In this document: piece after piece, positions 38,410-49,478 of the stretch
Layout: each line of letters starts with the position of its first letter
Numbering within the stretch: position 1 is the first letter of the stretch
Assembly: GCA_963793425.1 (NCBI GenBank)
Contig: CAWCAG010000005.1
Coordinates: forward strand, 2,080,001 to 2,144,000
DNA length: 64,000 nt
From: an uncultured cyanobacterium
GTDB taxonomy: Bacteria > Cyanobacteriota > Cyanobacteriia > Cyanobacteriales > CAWCAG01
Direction of reading: 5' to 3'
Translations under genes and position numbers: made by a program
Notes under the pieces: model-generated
What the model was told of the DNA's origin: nothing
Databases searched by the model: none
The model's input: only the letters and a program-made list of their open reading frames with translations

Positions 38410-40091
38410 GTTCTTATCTTTGTAACCAATGGATCTCCTTTCACTAATTTAATAGCTTTTCGTAAGGCTTGAAGACGATCGGTTTCTCGGTTGTTTTCTG
38501 GTAAACGTTCCCAAATTTTTAAGCGATTTAATCTTGCCCGAACACTACCAACAGCCCCTACCAAAAAAACCTCACGGCGCTTTTCACAAGCTTCTTTAAC
38601 TATGTTTTCAATAGCCAGAGAAGCCGTTACACCAACGTAGGGTGCATCACTCAAATCAAGAATGAGTACATGGTAATCTTCAACAATCGACATTTGTTGA
38701 GAAATTGCTTTAGCAGCCCCAAAACTCATCGGCCCTCCGAAACGAAAGAGCAGAATATTACCGTCAGCTTGCCTTAAAATGTTATCTTCTTCTTCACTTA
38801 GGCGTAATTCTGCATGGGGAATTGTCGCTGCTTTGAGGTTGTCAATTTGTAAATCGCTGAGGCGTTTAATTGCCAGAGTGTTAGAAACAAAGATACCGAT
38901 GGCAACAGCAGTGATTAAATCCACAAATACTGTGATTAAAAGGACTGCATACATTAATGCAGTTGCCTTGAATGATACTTTGTGAGCGCGTTTGATGAAA
39001 CTCCAATCAATAATATCAATACCAACCTTAATTAAAATTCCTGCTAAAACCGCATGGGGAATATTAGCCGTTAACTCCCCTGCTTGCAAAACAATAACCA
39101 GCAGAATCAAAGCATGAATAATTCCTGAAAGTGCCGTTTTACCGCCAGCCTGAACATTGATAACAGTACGCATCGTCGCCCCAGCACCGGGCAACCCTCC
39201 AAACAAACCGGCAATTAAGTTGCCGATACCTTGGCCAATTAATTCTCTGTCAGAGTCGTGTTGAGTTTGGGTAATATTATCCGCTACCAAAGAGGTAAGT
39301 AACGAATCAATAGCGCCAAGGGCAGCTAACATCAAACCATAGCCCACAATGGTTCTCAGTTGAGCTATTTCCAATACAGGTTTTTGGATTTTAGGTAAAC
39401 CTTTGGGAATGTCGCCAATCCGGGCAACATCAAGATCCGGCAACAGATTAGGGAACAAATAAACTGAGATTAAAGTACAGACTATCAAAGCTAATAAGGG
39501 GGCAGGAAACACTCTATTTAGCTTTGGTGGTGCAATAAAAACAATACCCAAAGTCAGGAGTCCTAATGCTGTTGCTGCCGGATTAGCATTGATGATGAAG
39601 TTTGGTAAATTACTTAAAGATTCGATGACATTAGCAGAAACTTCATGCCCTAAAAAAGGGGCTATTTCCACAAGAATAATAATTACACCAATACCAGACA
39701 TGAAGCCAGAGATGACGGTATAGGGGATTAACGTAATATATTTACCTAACCTTAGCAAACCAAAAATGATTTGAAAGACCCCTCCTAGCATGATGGTAGT
39801 AAAGGCCATCGCTAAACCAACTTTGGGATCATCGGGGGTTTTTAAAGCCAGAAAAACCGTAGCTATAACCACTGTCATGGGACCAGTGGGACCAGAAATT
39901 TGTGATGGAGTTCCTCCAAATAGGGCCGCGAAAAAGCCCACAAAAACAGCGCCGTAAAGCCCAGCTATGGCCCCCGCACCAGAGGAAACACCAAAAGCGA
40001 GGGCTAAGGGCAAGGCAACAATGGCAGCAGTTAGACCACCAAATAGATCGCCGCGCAGATTCCGAAAATGTAAAGAGTTAACAAGGCGCAT
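38406..40091 (-). CDS. SulP/SLC26 anion transporter (BicA-like) with STAS domain
   Basis: GDLFGGLTAAIVALP, GGTPSQISGPTGPM, DSLLTSLVAD, GAGATMRT, GPMSFGAA; has SGPTG where canonical BicA has SEPTG. Confidence 0.9.
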   Translation of the reverse strand: MRLVNSLHFRNLRGDLFGGLTAAIVALPLALAFGVSSGAGAIAGLYGAVFVGFFAALFGGTPSQISGPTGPMTVVIATVFLALKTPDDPKVGLAMAFTTIMLGGVFQIIFGLLRLGKYITLIPYTVISGFMSGIGVIIILVEIAPFLGHEVSANVIESLSNLPNFIINANPAATALGLLTLGIVFIAPPKLNRVFPAPLLALIVCTLISVYLFPNLLPDLDVARIGDIPKGLPKIQKPVLEIAQLRTIVGYGLMLAALGAIDSLLTSLVADNITQTQHDSDRELIGQGIGNLIAGLFGGLPGAGATMRTVINVQAGGKTALSGIIHALILLVIVLQAGELTANIPHAVLAGILIKVGIDIIDWSFIKRAHKVSFKATALMYAVLLITVFVDLITAVAIGIFVSNTLAIKRLSDLQIDNLKAATIPHAELRLSEEEDNILRQADGNILLFRFGGPMSFGAAKAISQQMSIVEDYHVLILDLSDAPYVGVTASLAIENIVKEACEKRREVFLVGAVGSVRARLNRLKIWERLPENNRETDRLQALRKAIKLVKGDPLVTKIRT

Positions 40092-40231
40092 AAGCGTTTA
40101 TTTGGGAAAGTAACTATCTTTTTTGATTAAGAGTTCCCAGGAGATCATTTACCTAGTACCTCTCAATTTATAGACACAAACAAGGCAACTTATTATGGCA
40201 CGACTATTAAGGTTTCTTTCGTGAGGAAAGA

Positions 40232-40384
40232 TGTAGGGTGGGCAAAAAGTAATAGAATTGTTGATTAAATTTGTTTGGTGATCTTTGCCCACCATTACCC
40301 AGGAATTCCTCAATGAATTATGGTGGGCAAACAAGATAGATAAGCTTTTGATGCTAATTTTAAACTCAACTTGCCCACCCTACA
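40232..40384. repeat. GTAG-type REP doublet (REPIN-like)
   Basis: Outer perfect 14-bp IR TGTAGGGTGGGCAA/TTGCCCACCCTACA; inner IR TTTGCCCACCAT (40284-40295)/ATGGTGGGCAAA (40320-40331). Confidence 0.8.
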
Positions 40385-40425
40385 AATTTGGCTTTTCAAA
40401 ACATCGCCAGACACATCTAGAGAAG

Positions 40426-41280
40426 CTAAAGTTGATTTGGGTCTACACCTAGCTCTCGCAATTTTGCTGCTAATAGTTCGGCCCAATCTTTTTCTTTCTC
40501 AGCCAAAGCTTCTTGTTGTTCAGCCCTGGCTTTTTCTTGTTCGGCTCTAGCTTTTTCCTGCTCAGCCCTAGCGTTTTCTTGTTCAGCTCTAGCTTTTTCT
40601 TGTTGAGCTTGTTCGCTACTCCATAACAACATATTTCCTTGCCTATCCCACCATCTAAGCCAGTTGATGTTTTGCCCTAGTCTTTCTCCTCGCCATATCC
40701 CCAGGAATAGCTCTAACTCGGGTATCCACTGCCTTCGGTTTTCGTCTACTTCCTGGAGAGTGTATCGACCTTCAGACCAAGTTCGTACTTCTAAACTCCC
40801 GTCATGGGGGTCATAGGTTACATAGGTTGGAACCTGGAGAATATGCTCATAGAAGTACAGTTTCCCATAGGGGGGAGTCGAACGTATTGATAATTCTGCA
40901 CAATCAGTTTCTGAGAGAAACTCCATGACCACTGCTACTGACAAACCTTCTAAGTTAGGAGTATAACTACGACGAATGACTTCTGGTGCTACTGGGTTGA
41001 CTTGAGGAATATAAAACCAGTCTGGTGCTTTGACTACGGTTTTACCTCTAACTGTGGCTACTAAGCCGAAGTTTGAGCCAATGAGCATTTGAGGTTGAAT
41101 GCGCCCTGCTGCTCCTAAAGCGTCGGTTAGTGCCGCAGCTAAAGGGGGTTGTTGAATGTTTTCCACTGGTTCATCTGGTAATACGAAGTCTTCCGGGAGA
41201 GCTTCCCAGGTGACACTCAGTTGTTTTTTGCTTGGTTGAGCTGGTTGAGTTTTTTGGACTGGTTGAAGTTGTTGAACCAC
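40426..41280 (-). CDS. Uma2 family endonuclease with C-terminal AEQEKAR coiled-coil repeats
   Basis: LPDEPVENI.QP, KAPDWFY, VMEFLS, WLRWWD, LAAKLRELGVDP. Confidence 0.9.
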   Translation of the reverse strand: MVQQLQPVQKTQPAQPSKKQLSVTWEALPEDFVLPDEPVENIQQPPLAAALTDALGAAGRIQPQMLIGSNFGLVATVRGKTVVKAPDWFYIPQVNPVAPEVIRRSYTPNLEGLSVAVVMEFLSETDCAELSIRSTPPYGKLYFYEHILQVPTYVTYDPHDGSLEVRTWSEGRYTLQEVDENRRQWIPELELFLGIWRGERLGQNINWLRWWDRQGNMLLWSSEQAQQEKARAEQENARAEQEKARAEQEKARAEQQEALAEKEKDWAELLAAKLRELGVDPNQL

Positions 41281-41527
41281 GGAACTACACCAAGATTGAT
41301 ACAGTTAGAATCTAATTTATTTATGATACTTTCCTAAAGTTATCAGAAAAATTATCAACTGGTGCGAACGCGCACCGCAATTATCAATTAGGAGAGATAC
41401 CATTGCACTTCATTATTGGCAGTTGCTGGTAGAATCAAGGCAATATCATGGTCAAACCCTGACAAAATAATCATAAATTATTCCCCTCAAGGCAATACTA
41501 GGGAAATAACTGGCTAAACTATCGGCA

Positions 41528-43167
41528 ATGACTAAATTAACACCAGATCAGCGCAACTACTATTATCTCATTGAAGCAGAACGAACTGGCATTTATAAGG
41601 CTATTTTAGCAGGACTTTATGAGGCCCATTCTGACCCGATTCTCTCCGATGGAGAAACGGGTTTAGGTATGAAACCGGCCCAGAATATTGACCAAAGACA
41701 ACTGGATACTTTGCCAGAACAAATCCAGTATGGGGCTAATGCAATTCGGGCTTTAACTGATAATTTAATTGCTCAAGATTGGCAAGCCGGGGATTTGTGG
41801 GATTCTGAAGAAGGTCACTATAGCAAGAGATTTATTGAGGTGGTGGCTGATGGTTATATTCCCAAAGAAAATGAACCTTTATCTGCTCGTTTGACTACCT
41901 GTGATGCCCAAAAACTCTGGCAAGCTCATCTTGAAGATAGTCAAAGGGAGTATCAACTACAAAATTTACCCCAAAATTTGGCTTATTTAGATCGAGCTTT
42001 GCTTTCTTTACTTGACCGCATTCCTAATTACTATACAGGTTTGGCTCATCAAAGAGAAGCTTTGATCGAAGTGATTAGGATGTGGCGCAAACTTGATAGT
42101 CGCCAGGAAGTAATTGCTTCGTTAATTCCCTCAGATCGCGATGCTAGTAGCTTAAGCGATTTCGAGTTAGATATTTTTCTGCGGCAATTTCTCCAGCGTA
42201 TTTCTAGTTACTATGGCGGCTATCCCCATCAAAGGGAGGCTTTGCTACGTTTAACTCAACTCTGGCGACAGCAAAGATCAAGGGAAGAGGCGATCGCCTC
42301 TTTAAAGGAAGACACTTCTCCTGATCCTGGGTTGAAGATTATTGATCCGGCTTTAATTGATTTTGTGGAACGCATTCCCAAATACTACGAAGGTAAAGGA
42401 GTGCAACGTAATGCTGTGACGGAAGGTTTTCGCCTCTGGCAGAAACTTGATTCCCGGACAACAGCAGTAGCTGCTTTAGGTATTGATCCCGCCCTTTTGA
42501 GTAGTAGTAGTGCCGATAAAACGCAAATGATGCTTTTTGCGGCCCAGTTAGACCGGGAATTGCTGAATTTTATCCGGCGCTTACCTAAATATTACCAAGA
42601 GAAAGAATATCAAAGGGAATCCCTGATTCGGATGGTACAACTGTGGCGAGGCATTAGAACCCGGCAACAAACTATTGCTAGCCTCACAGAGGATCTGAAA
42701 CGTTTAGAAAGGGAACAGGAGGCTACAAAACCGACAATTATTATCCCCCGTCGCCCTGAGCGTTGGACAACTAAAAATATTCAGTTAGCTGCTTCTATTG
42801 TTCCTGATGGTAATTTTAGTTGGGCAGAAGCGACGAAAGGAGGGACGAGAATGCCTCCTAACCAGTCTACGGTGGATGGGATGGTACGTATCGCTAAGTT
42901 GCCCAAAAAGCGAGGGAACGCATTGGTAGACCTTTTATTGTTACTAGTTGGTATCGTCCGCCCCATATTAATCGTGCTGTAGGTGGGGTTAGTAACAGCC
43001 GCCATATTGTTGGTGATGCTATTGATTTTGTTTGTGAAGACTTGAGCGGAAATCAACTATATTGGCTATTAGACCCTTGGTGGACTGGAGGCTTAGGACG
43101 CTACCGCCAGTTCTCCGAATTATGTCATATTGATGGTCGTTATTACCGCGCTAGATGGCATTATTAA
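41528..43167 (+). CDS. Peptidase M15A-domain protein; -1 frameshift near 42900
   Basis: Repeated QREAL..L.(Q/R)LWR units, then NFSWAEATKGG; shifted frame continues AQKARERIGRPFIVTSWYRP..INRAVGG..NSRHIVGDAID...GGLGRY...CHIDGR...RW.Y*. Confidence 0.85.
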
Positions 43168-43319
43168 AACAATGACCGGAACTTAAGTAAAGTGGCTTGT
43201 ATATAAATATAAATTCTCTGCTGCCACTTAAATAGCAATTAGTTCGTCTTTTCACTCGAATAGTTCCCGATTGGGAATTATAAAGAAACGTAACTCCAAA
43301 TTTATAGCCTTCGGTAACG

Positions 43320-44108
43320 ATGTCTTCCCAACTATTACTAGTCCAGTCAGTATTAGCCCAAACTCCTAGTGATCCTCAAGCCAGTCCTGCTACAGAAGGG
43401 GTTGCTTCGGGGGGCAAGCTTTGGATGTACTTAGCTTTGATTTTAGCGATCGCTATTGCAGGTTTAGCTGTTTATGGTTGGCAAGAAAAGAAGAAACTAG
43501 AGAAGGCACTTAAAGTTGAAAGATATAAAACGAAGGAATTACAAAGAAGGTTGAAGCTTTCTTTGAATACTATTCGCAAAATGGAAACTAACCCCGATTT
43601 GGTACACTCGCGGGAGTTTAATTTAGATTATTTAAGAATGCGGATGGATGAAGAGGTTTTCCACTACGCTATTGTTAATCAAATTAAAATTCGTGTTAAG
43701 CAAATAATTAGTGTTGCTTTGCGCCCCAATACTGCGGCTAATACTACTGTGGGGATTGCTAATAGTAGTGGGCGACAAATTGATGAAACTTTTGATATTG
43801 TTTACAACACTCAAACCAGGGCCGGTAAGCGAATTAAGGCAGTTCTTTTTCGTATTGAAGTTAAGTTGATTAAGCTTCCTACTCAATCTACTTCTAGTAC
43901 GATTAATCAAATTATTGAGTGTATTGAAACTTTTTTGAATCCTGATGAAGATGAGGATAATTGGCAAGCAAAAATTCAAGGTCGTATTGTGACAATGAGC
44001 TGGGATCAAAAAGCTAAGCCAACTCCTTTGTTAGTTTTAGAACAATCTCCTGAAGGAGAAAATGTGACTTTCCGCAGTAAGCGGATGGTGAATAAGAAAA
44101 AAAGATAA
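43320..44108 (+). CDS. Conserved-looking hypothetical membrane protein
   Basis: Single TM, coiled coil, NPDLVHSREFNLDYLRMRM. Confidence 0.75.
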   Translation: MSSQLLLVQSVLAQTPSDPQASPATEGVASGGKLWMYLALILAIAIAGLAVYGWQEKKKLEKALKVERYKTKELQRRLKLSLNTIRKMETNPDLVHSREFNLDYLRMRMDEEVFHYAIVNQIKIRVKQIISVALRPNTAANTTVGIANSSGRQIDETFDIVYNTQTRAGKRIKAVLFRIEVKLIKLPTQSTSSTINQIIECIETFLNPDEDEDNWQAKIQGRIVTMSWDQKAKPTPLLVLEQSPEGENVTFRSKRMVNKKKR

Positions 44109-44126
44109 CAGAGGTTGTCAATTCCT

Positions 44127-44760
44127 TCAATCTTTTTTGCCTCGCAGCCATTGGCGAAATTCCCTGATTAAAGCATTTTCTCCTATTTCTCCTCGTTTTT
44201 TCAGAAACCTTAAGATATCTAAATTCTGACAAAAGTGGTAAGACCTGAGAACGTTTCTGTTGCTGATAACTTCCCTGCTGTAAAACATAAATTAACAACT
44301 GAGAGCCATTAAATCGCCACACTTCCCTTACTCCAAGGATGGCATAAATGCTGAGACGGTCTAAGGAACTGCTGGTGACATCAATTTCAATGGCTAAATC
44401 CGGCGCTGGATCAATATTCAGGTCAAAATCTAACTTTCCCCGTATCGCCGCTTCATTGGTAATATAATAGCATTCATGCGGTTCAATACCACGTTGCAAA
44501 TCTTCCCGACTCCAGGTGGTTGAACCCAAACTATAAATCTCTAATCCTAATATTTCCGTTGTTGTTTCCACGATGCGCCCCAGAAATCGCTTGTTTACCT
44601 CGTGTTCAGGTAAAGGGGTCATAATTTCTAACAATCCTTGATTGTAGGTTAGTTTTTTACTAGGATTTTCTCCTAAATCTAAAGCTAAAGCTTGATAGGT
44701 TTCCCAACGTACTCCGGTTAATAAAGTGTAAGTTTCCTTTTGGGGTAAAGTTTGAATCAT
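44127..44760 (-). CDS. Uma2 family endonuclease; +1 frameshift near 44222
   Basis: VRWETY, LEIMTP.PEHE, PDLAIEIDVTS, GVREVWRF; true tail LDILRFLKKRGEIGENALIREFRQWL ends at 44127. Confidence 0.85.
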
Positions 44761-44762
44761 GA

Positions 44763-45392
44763 TCAGGCAATATTGGTTTTGATGAAGTTAACTATTTGTT
44801 GGTTAATTTGCTTTTGCTCTTTGGTTCCATCTATTTGTAAAATAGCTTTTGAATATTGGTTAAAGATGCGTTGATAGTTGGCTTTTACTTTAGTTAGTTT
44901 TTCTTTGTTTTCATAAATATCTTTTAGAGAACGTTCTTTTAATCTTTCTAAAGAAACTTCAATAGGTATATCTAGATAAATAACTAAATCAGGGTCGGGA
45001 AACTTGTTATTTAATTGTTTAATAAAGGCAAAATCTTCCGTTGTATCGCCATTATAAGCTAAGGAAGAGAAATAATATCTTGTGGTTATAACCTGGAAAC
45101 CTTGGTTAATTAGTTTAAATACGCCGTCGAATTGATTATATAAATGGTCGTGGCGATCAGCAGCACATAAATAAGCTATTTGCTCATTAAATTTTTGGCT
45201 ATCGTCTGTGAATAAAATTCTTTTCTTTAAGGTTTCTCTGATTATTTTACCAATAATCCCTTCAGAAGGTTCAGGACTGAGAACAGCTTTTTGTTCTTGA
45301 CTGAGAAAATAATTTTTTAGTAATTCCGCTTGGGTAGAAGAACCAGAACCATCTATACCTTCAAAAACTATGAATAAGCCTTTTTGTCTCAT
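44763..45392 (-). CDS. tmk: Thymidylate kinase
   Basis: FIVFEGIDGSGSSTQ, EPS, AADRHDH, TRYYFSSLAY, PDLVIYLD. Confidence 0.9.
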   Translation of the reverse strand: MRQKGLFIVFEGIDGSGSSTQAELLKNYFLSQEQKAVLSPEPSEGIIGKIIRETLKKRILFTDDSQKFNEQIAYLCAADRHDHLYNQFDGVFKLINQGFQVITTRYYFSSLAYNGDTTEDFAFIKQLNNKFPDPDLVIYLDIPIEVSLERLKERSLKDIYENKEKLTKVKANYQRIFNQYSKAILQIDGTKEQKQINQQIVNFIKTNIA

Positions 45393-45431
45393 TGATTAAG
45401 TTATTTTTATTGCTAATTAGATCAGTACTTT

Positions 45432-46292
45432 TCATTTAAGAGAGCGTCTGATAAACTCTGTTGCAATACCTTGGCTGGGGCTAAAGAAGAAGGCTAGTAG
45501 AAAGCCTGTAAAGATGACCATGACAATAGCTGGGCCAGAGGGTAAATCTTGTACATAATAACTCAGATACATTCCTGTAGTGCTTGCTATTATGCCAATC
45601 ACAGAACCTAGAATCATCATTTGATGTAGTTCTTTAACTAATAAGTAAGCAGTAATAGCAGGGCCAACTAATAAAGACATTACCAACAAAGCACCAACGA
45701 TTTGCATACTAGCGACAATAGTTAAGGTAATAGCGCAAATTAAGCCAAAATAAAGTATGTTTACCGGTAAACCACCAGCTTGCGCTCCCAAAGGATCAAA
45801 GGTGTAAAATTGCAATTCTTTATAAAAAAGTTTGGTAACAATTAAGATTGCTAAAGTGATACTAACGGTTCGCCAAACATCTAAACTAGTTACTCCTAAG
45901 ATATCACCAAAAAGCAAATCATCTAAGTCAACTTGATTGGTTTTTAAGACACTAATTAAAATAATCCCTAACCCTAAAAAGCTGGTTAAGGTTAAAGCTA
46001 AAGCCGCATCAACTTTAACCCGCGATCGCGTCTTTATTCCGGCTACGAGCAAAGCACTAAGTACTCCAGCAATAAATGCGCCGATACCAAGATTAATTCG
46101 CAGAAAAAAAGCAATAGAAATACCAGGAACTACTGCGTGGGAAATTGCGCCTCCTATCATACACATTTGTTGGACTATTAAGTAGCTCCCCACCACAGCA
46201 CACATAACACTAAGGAAGATGCCAATAATAATGGCATGACGCATAAATTCAAACTCCAGAAGAGGAGCAATTAACCAATTTTCATTTAACAT
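45432..46292 (-). CDS. Zn/Mn ABC transporter permease (ZnuB/MntB family)
   Basis: AISHAVVPG, LLFGDILGV, TFDP..A...G, VGALLV, PSGPAIV. Confidence 0.92.
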   Translation of the reverse strand: MLNENWLIAPLLEFEFMRHAIIIGIFLSVMCAVVGSYLIVQQMCMIGGAISHAVVPGISIAFFLRINLGIGAFIAGVLSALLVAGIKTRSRVKVDAALALTLTSFLGLGIILISVLKTNQVDLDDLLFGDILGVTSLDVWRTVSITLAILIVTKLFYKELQFYTFDPLGAQAGGLPVNILYFGLICAITLTIVASMQIVGALLVMSLLVGPAITAYLLVKELHQMMILGSVIGIIASTTGMYLSYYVQDLPSGPAIVMVIFTGFLLAFFFSPSQGIATEFIRRSLK

Positions 46293-46313
46293 TTATCAAA
46301 TATTATCTAACCA

Positions 46314-47033
46314 TTAGCTATTAGCGAGTAACAAAGTTTTACCGTAAGCTTTTCTAAGATTCTCTGGGGCAATAACCTCTGTTTTTGAACCTGTGGCGAT
46401 AAGATGTTTATTTAATAAAATCAAGTTGTCATAATGGTCTAAACTATTACCTAAATCGTGATTAATCACTAACAAAGTTTTGTTTTGCGCTTTGAGTTCA
46501 GCAAAAACAGCAAAAATAACTTCTTCCGTCTTTTTATCAATACCCGCAAACGGCTCATCAAAAAACAGCAAATCTGCTTGTTGTGCGATCGCCCTAGCTA
46601 AAAATACCCGTTGTTGTTGCCCACCAGATAATTCACGAATTTGATGTTGGTGATACTGCCACATTCCTACTCGTTTTAAGGCATCTTTAACAATTTCCCT
46701 GGATTCATAGTTCGGGGATCTTAACCAACCAGCAGCGCGAATGCGGCCCATCATCGCAACATTTTCTACTTTAATCGGATAATCCCAATCAATTTGATTG
46801 CGTTGGGGTACATAAGCCACCCGGCGCAACTGCTGCTTTAAAGGGCGAGAACAAAATCTGACTTGCCCACGGGTTATAGGAATTAATCCTAATATAGCTT
46901 TGACGATGGTACTTTTCCCTGCACCATTAGGCCCTAGCAGCCCGGTTACTTGTCCCTGTTTCAAACAAAAACTAATTCCTTCAACGGCTAAAGTATCCCG
47001 ATAATTAACTACTAAGTTAAGGACTTCCAGCAT
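46314..47033 (-). CDS. Zn/Mn ABC transporter ATP-binding protein
   Basis: GPNGAGKST, AYVPQR..IDWDYP, LSGGQQQRVFLARA, DEPF. Confidence 0.93.
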   Translation of the reverse strand: MLEVLNLVVNYRDTLAVEGISFCLKQGQVTGLLGPNGAGKSTIVKAILGLIPITRGQVRFCSRPLKQQLRRVAYVPQRNQIDWDYPIKVENVAMMGRIRAAGWLRSPNYESREIVKDALKRVGMWQYHQHQIRELSGGQQQRVFLARAIAQQADLLFFDEPFAGIDKKTEEVIFAVFAELKAQNKTLLVINHDLGNSLDHYDNLILLNKHLIATGSKTEVIAPENLRKAYGKTLLLANS

Positions 47034-47046
47034 AAATTAAGGGTAT

Positions 47047-47069
47047 ATGAGAATGAGTATGATTCTCAT
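47047..47069. promoter_or_regulatory. Zur/Fur-family box
   Basis: ATGAGAAT-N7-ATTCTCAT palindrome containing the 7-1-7 TGAGTAT-G-ATTCTCA, 14 bp upstream of the metal ABC operon; resembles cyanobacterial Zur consensus TGATAATNATTATCA. Confidence 0.65.
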
Positions 47070-47193
47070 GATAGTATTTTATTTAGGGAGATAGGAAGTA
47101 AGGAAGTTGAATGAAGATACTATTATCTACTTTGTAGCTAAACCTTTAAAATAAGAAGAAATACCTTACTGATATCCAGGTACAAAAATTCCT

Positions 47194-48213
47194 ATGACTC
47201 CTGCTGTTCTAATTGAAAATTTACAAAAGAGTTACGGCTCCGTCAAAGCAGTTGAGGATGTATCCTTTAAAATAGAACCAGGTGAAATTTTTGGCTTGCT
47301 TGGACCGAATGGAGCAGGTAAAACCACCACTATTCGCTGCTTATGTACTCTGTCAAAGCCCGATGGAGGAAAGCTAGAAGTCTGTGGCATTTCTGCTGTA
47401 GATCAGCCTAAAATTGCGAGAAGAAGGTTGGGTTATGTTGCTCAAGAAGTGGCTTTAGATAAAGTTCTCACAGGTAGAGAGTTGCTGCAACTACAAGCAG
47501 CTTTATACCATTTGCCAAAAGCCGCAGCAAAAGAAAGAGTCAACCAGTTAATCGAAATTTTAGGCTTGCAAGATTATGCAAATCAAAAGACGGGAACTTA
47601 TTCTGGAGGGTTACGTAAGCGTTTAGATTTAGCGGCGGGGTTACTACATCAACCGGATGTCTTAGTATTGGATGAACCAACGGTTGGTTTAGATATTGAA
47701 AGTCGTTTTGTAGTTTGGGAATTTTTGCGCCAGTTAAAGGCAGCGGGGACAACGGTACTAATTACCAGTCATTATTTAGAAGAAGTAGATGCCCTTGCTG
47801 ATCGTTTAGCTATTATTGATCAAGGTTCAGTTATTGCTGAAGGAACACCTTCTCAACTTAAAGATAGAGTAGGGGGCGATCGCGTTACTTTACGCATCCG
47901 AGAATTCGCTTCTAGTCAAGAAGCAGACAAAGCGAAAGATGTTTTAGGGGTTTTACCTTTTGTCGAAGAAGTAATTATTAATCAGGCACAAGGTAACTCA
48001 TTAAATTTAGTTGTCAAACCTCAAAGCAATCCTTTAAGTAAAATTGAACAAACCCTCAAAGATATAAGTTTACCTACTTTCAGCCTCGCCCAATCTCGCC
48101 CTAGTTTAGATGATGTTTATTTAGCAGCAACAGGAAAAACTCTCATGGATGCCGAATTAGCTGCTGCGGGCAGTCGTGATCTCAAAAAAGAGAAAAAACA
48201 ACAAATGAAGTAA
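47194..48213 (+). CDS. ABC-2 exporter ATP-binding protein (DrrA-like)
   Basis: GPNGAGKTT, YSGGLRKRLDLA, LDEPTVGLD, PSLDDVYL. Confidence 0.93.
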   Translation: MTPAVLIENLQKSYGSVKAVEDVSFKIEPGEIFGLLGPNGAGKTTTIRCLCTLSKPDGGKLEVCGISAVDQPKIARRRLGYVAQEVALDKVLTGRELLQLQAALYHLPKAAAKERVNQLIEILGLQDYANQKTGTYSGGLRKRLDLAAGLLHQPDVLVLDEPTVGLDIESRFVVWEFLRQLKAAGTTVLITSHYLEEVDALADRLAIIDQGSVIAEGTPSQLKDRVGGDRVTLRIREFASSQEADKAKDVLGVLPFVEEVIINQAQGNSLNLVVKPQSNPLSKIEQTLKDISLPTFSLAQSRPSLDDVYLAATGKTLMDAELAAAGSRDLKKEKKQQMK

Positions 48214-48232
48214 TCATTAGATAATTAAAAAA

Positions 48233-49126
48233 ATGAGTCAAACTATCACCCCTTCAAAAATCAACAACTCAAACCCAATTTCTGTACTACAACCAAAAAC
48301 CGATGATAGTGGTAGTGCCTTGGGAGAATTTGTTCAAGAAACCTTAGCTTTAACCAAACGCCTATTCATTCAACTGCAACGCCGCCCTTCAACTTTAATG
48401 GCGGGAGTGATTCAACCTTTAATGTGGTTACTTTTATTCGGGGCATTATTCCAAGGAGCGCCTCAAGGACTGTTTGGTGATAATCTCAATTATGGTACTT
48501 TCCTCGCCCCTGGAGTAATTGTTTTTACTGCCTTTTCCGGGGCATTAAATGCAGGGTTGCCCGTAATGTTTGATCGGGAATTTGGCTTTCTTAATCGCTT
48601 ACTTGTCGCCCCGTTATCTTCCCGCTACTCCATTGTGGCAGCTTCAACAATTTATATAATTGTCCTCAGTTTAATTCAAACCACGGCTATTTTAGTTGCT
48701 AGCGCCTTAATCGGAGCAGGTTTACCTAACTTTGCTGGTTTAGTTGCGATCGCCTTTATTGTTTTCCTTCTCACCTTGGGGGTAACCGCTTTAAGTTTAG
48801 GTCTAGCTTTTGCGTTACCGGGGCATATTGAACTCATTGCCGTTATTTTTGTCACTAACTTGCCCTTACTTTTCGCGAGTACGGCTTTAGCACCTTTATC
48901 CTTTATGGCAGGTTGGTTAAAGATTATTGCTTCTCTCAACCCTCTTACCTACGCCATTGAACCAATCCGCTATCTTTATTTACATAGCAATTGGAACTTA
49001 GGTAGCGTAGTGATGGAAACTCCTTGGTTAGCCGTTACTTTTGGGGGGGCAATTCTGGTTTTGCTAGCTTTTGATACTTTGATTTTGGCAGCAATTCAAC
49101 CTTTACTAAAGCGTCGGTTTGCTTGA
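48233..49126 (+). CDS. ABC-2 exporter permease (Ycf38-like)
   Basis: QLQRRP, MFDREFGFLNRLLVAP, NPLTYAIEPIR. Confidence 0.9.
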   Translation: MSQTITPSKINNSNPISVLQPKTDDSGSALGEFVQETLALTKRLFIQLQRRPSTLMAGVIQPLMWLLLFGALFQGAPQGLFGDNLNYGTFLAPGVIVFTAFSGALNAGLPVMFDREFGFLNRLLVAPLSSRYSIVAASTIYIIVLSLIQTTAILVASALIGAGLPNFAGLVAIAFIVFLLTLGVTALSLGLAFALPGHIELIAVIFVTNLPLLFASTALAPLSFMAGWLKIIASLNPLTYAIEPIRYLYLHSNWNLGSVVMETPWLAVTFGGAILVLLAFDTLILAAIQPLLKRRFA

Positions 49127-49163
49127 TTGATTTTTCACTAATCTGTGGAAGCAAGAACTTTAC

Positions 49164-49478
49164 GTGGAGGAAAATTTGATGCCTAATCAAGCAACTAAAG
49201 TAGTGAAACTTGAACTACAGCGTGGAGGAGAAGCTGGGTTTAAGATGAAAACTGAAGTAATGGATTATTTTGGCATTCCCGAAGATACATCTTGTGCAAA
49301 GGTGATGCAATATGGACGGGGAAAAGCATATCAGATTCCCACTAAACTCAAAGACAAAAATGATAATATTAGGTGGAGAACTGTTCGATTTCCCCATGAT
49401 ATAGTCATTTTAAATAAGGATGAAACACTTTTTCGTTCAAACGCTCCTTCAAGGAGAGGAAATCTTGTCTCAATCTAA
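49164..49478 (+). CDS. Hypothetical protein
   Basis: 104-aa ORF, no recognised motif. Confidence 0.4.
   Translation: MEENLMPNQATKVVKLELQRGGEAGFKMKTEVMDYFGIPEDTSCAKVMQYGRGKAYQIPTKLKDKNDNIRWRTVRFPHDIVILNKDETLFRSNAPSRRGNLVSI

Noticed and set aside
38406..40091. Calling this gene bicA
   Set aside because: SGPTG instead of SEPTG suggests a SulP paralog; symbol withheld
42895..42910. Pseudogenisation of the M15 peptidase (also Uma2 ~44222 and LRR ~60010)
   Set aside because: Single indels with fully conserved downstream frames; cannot be told from sequencing error without reads
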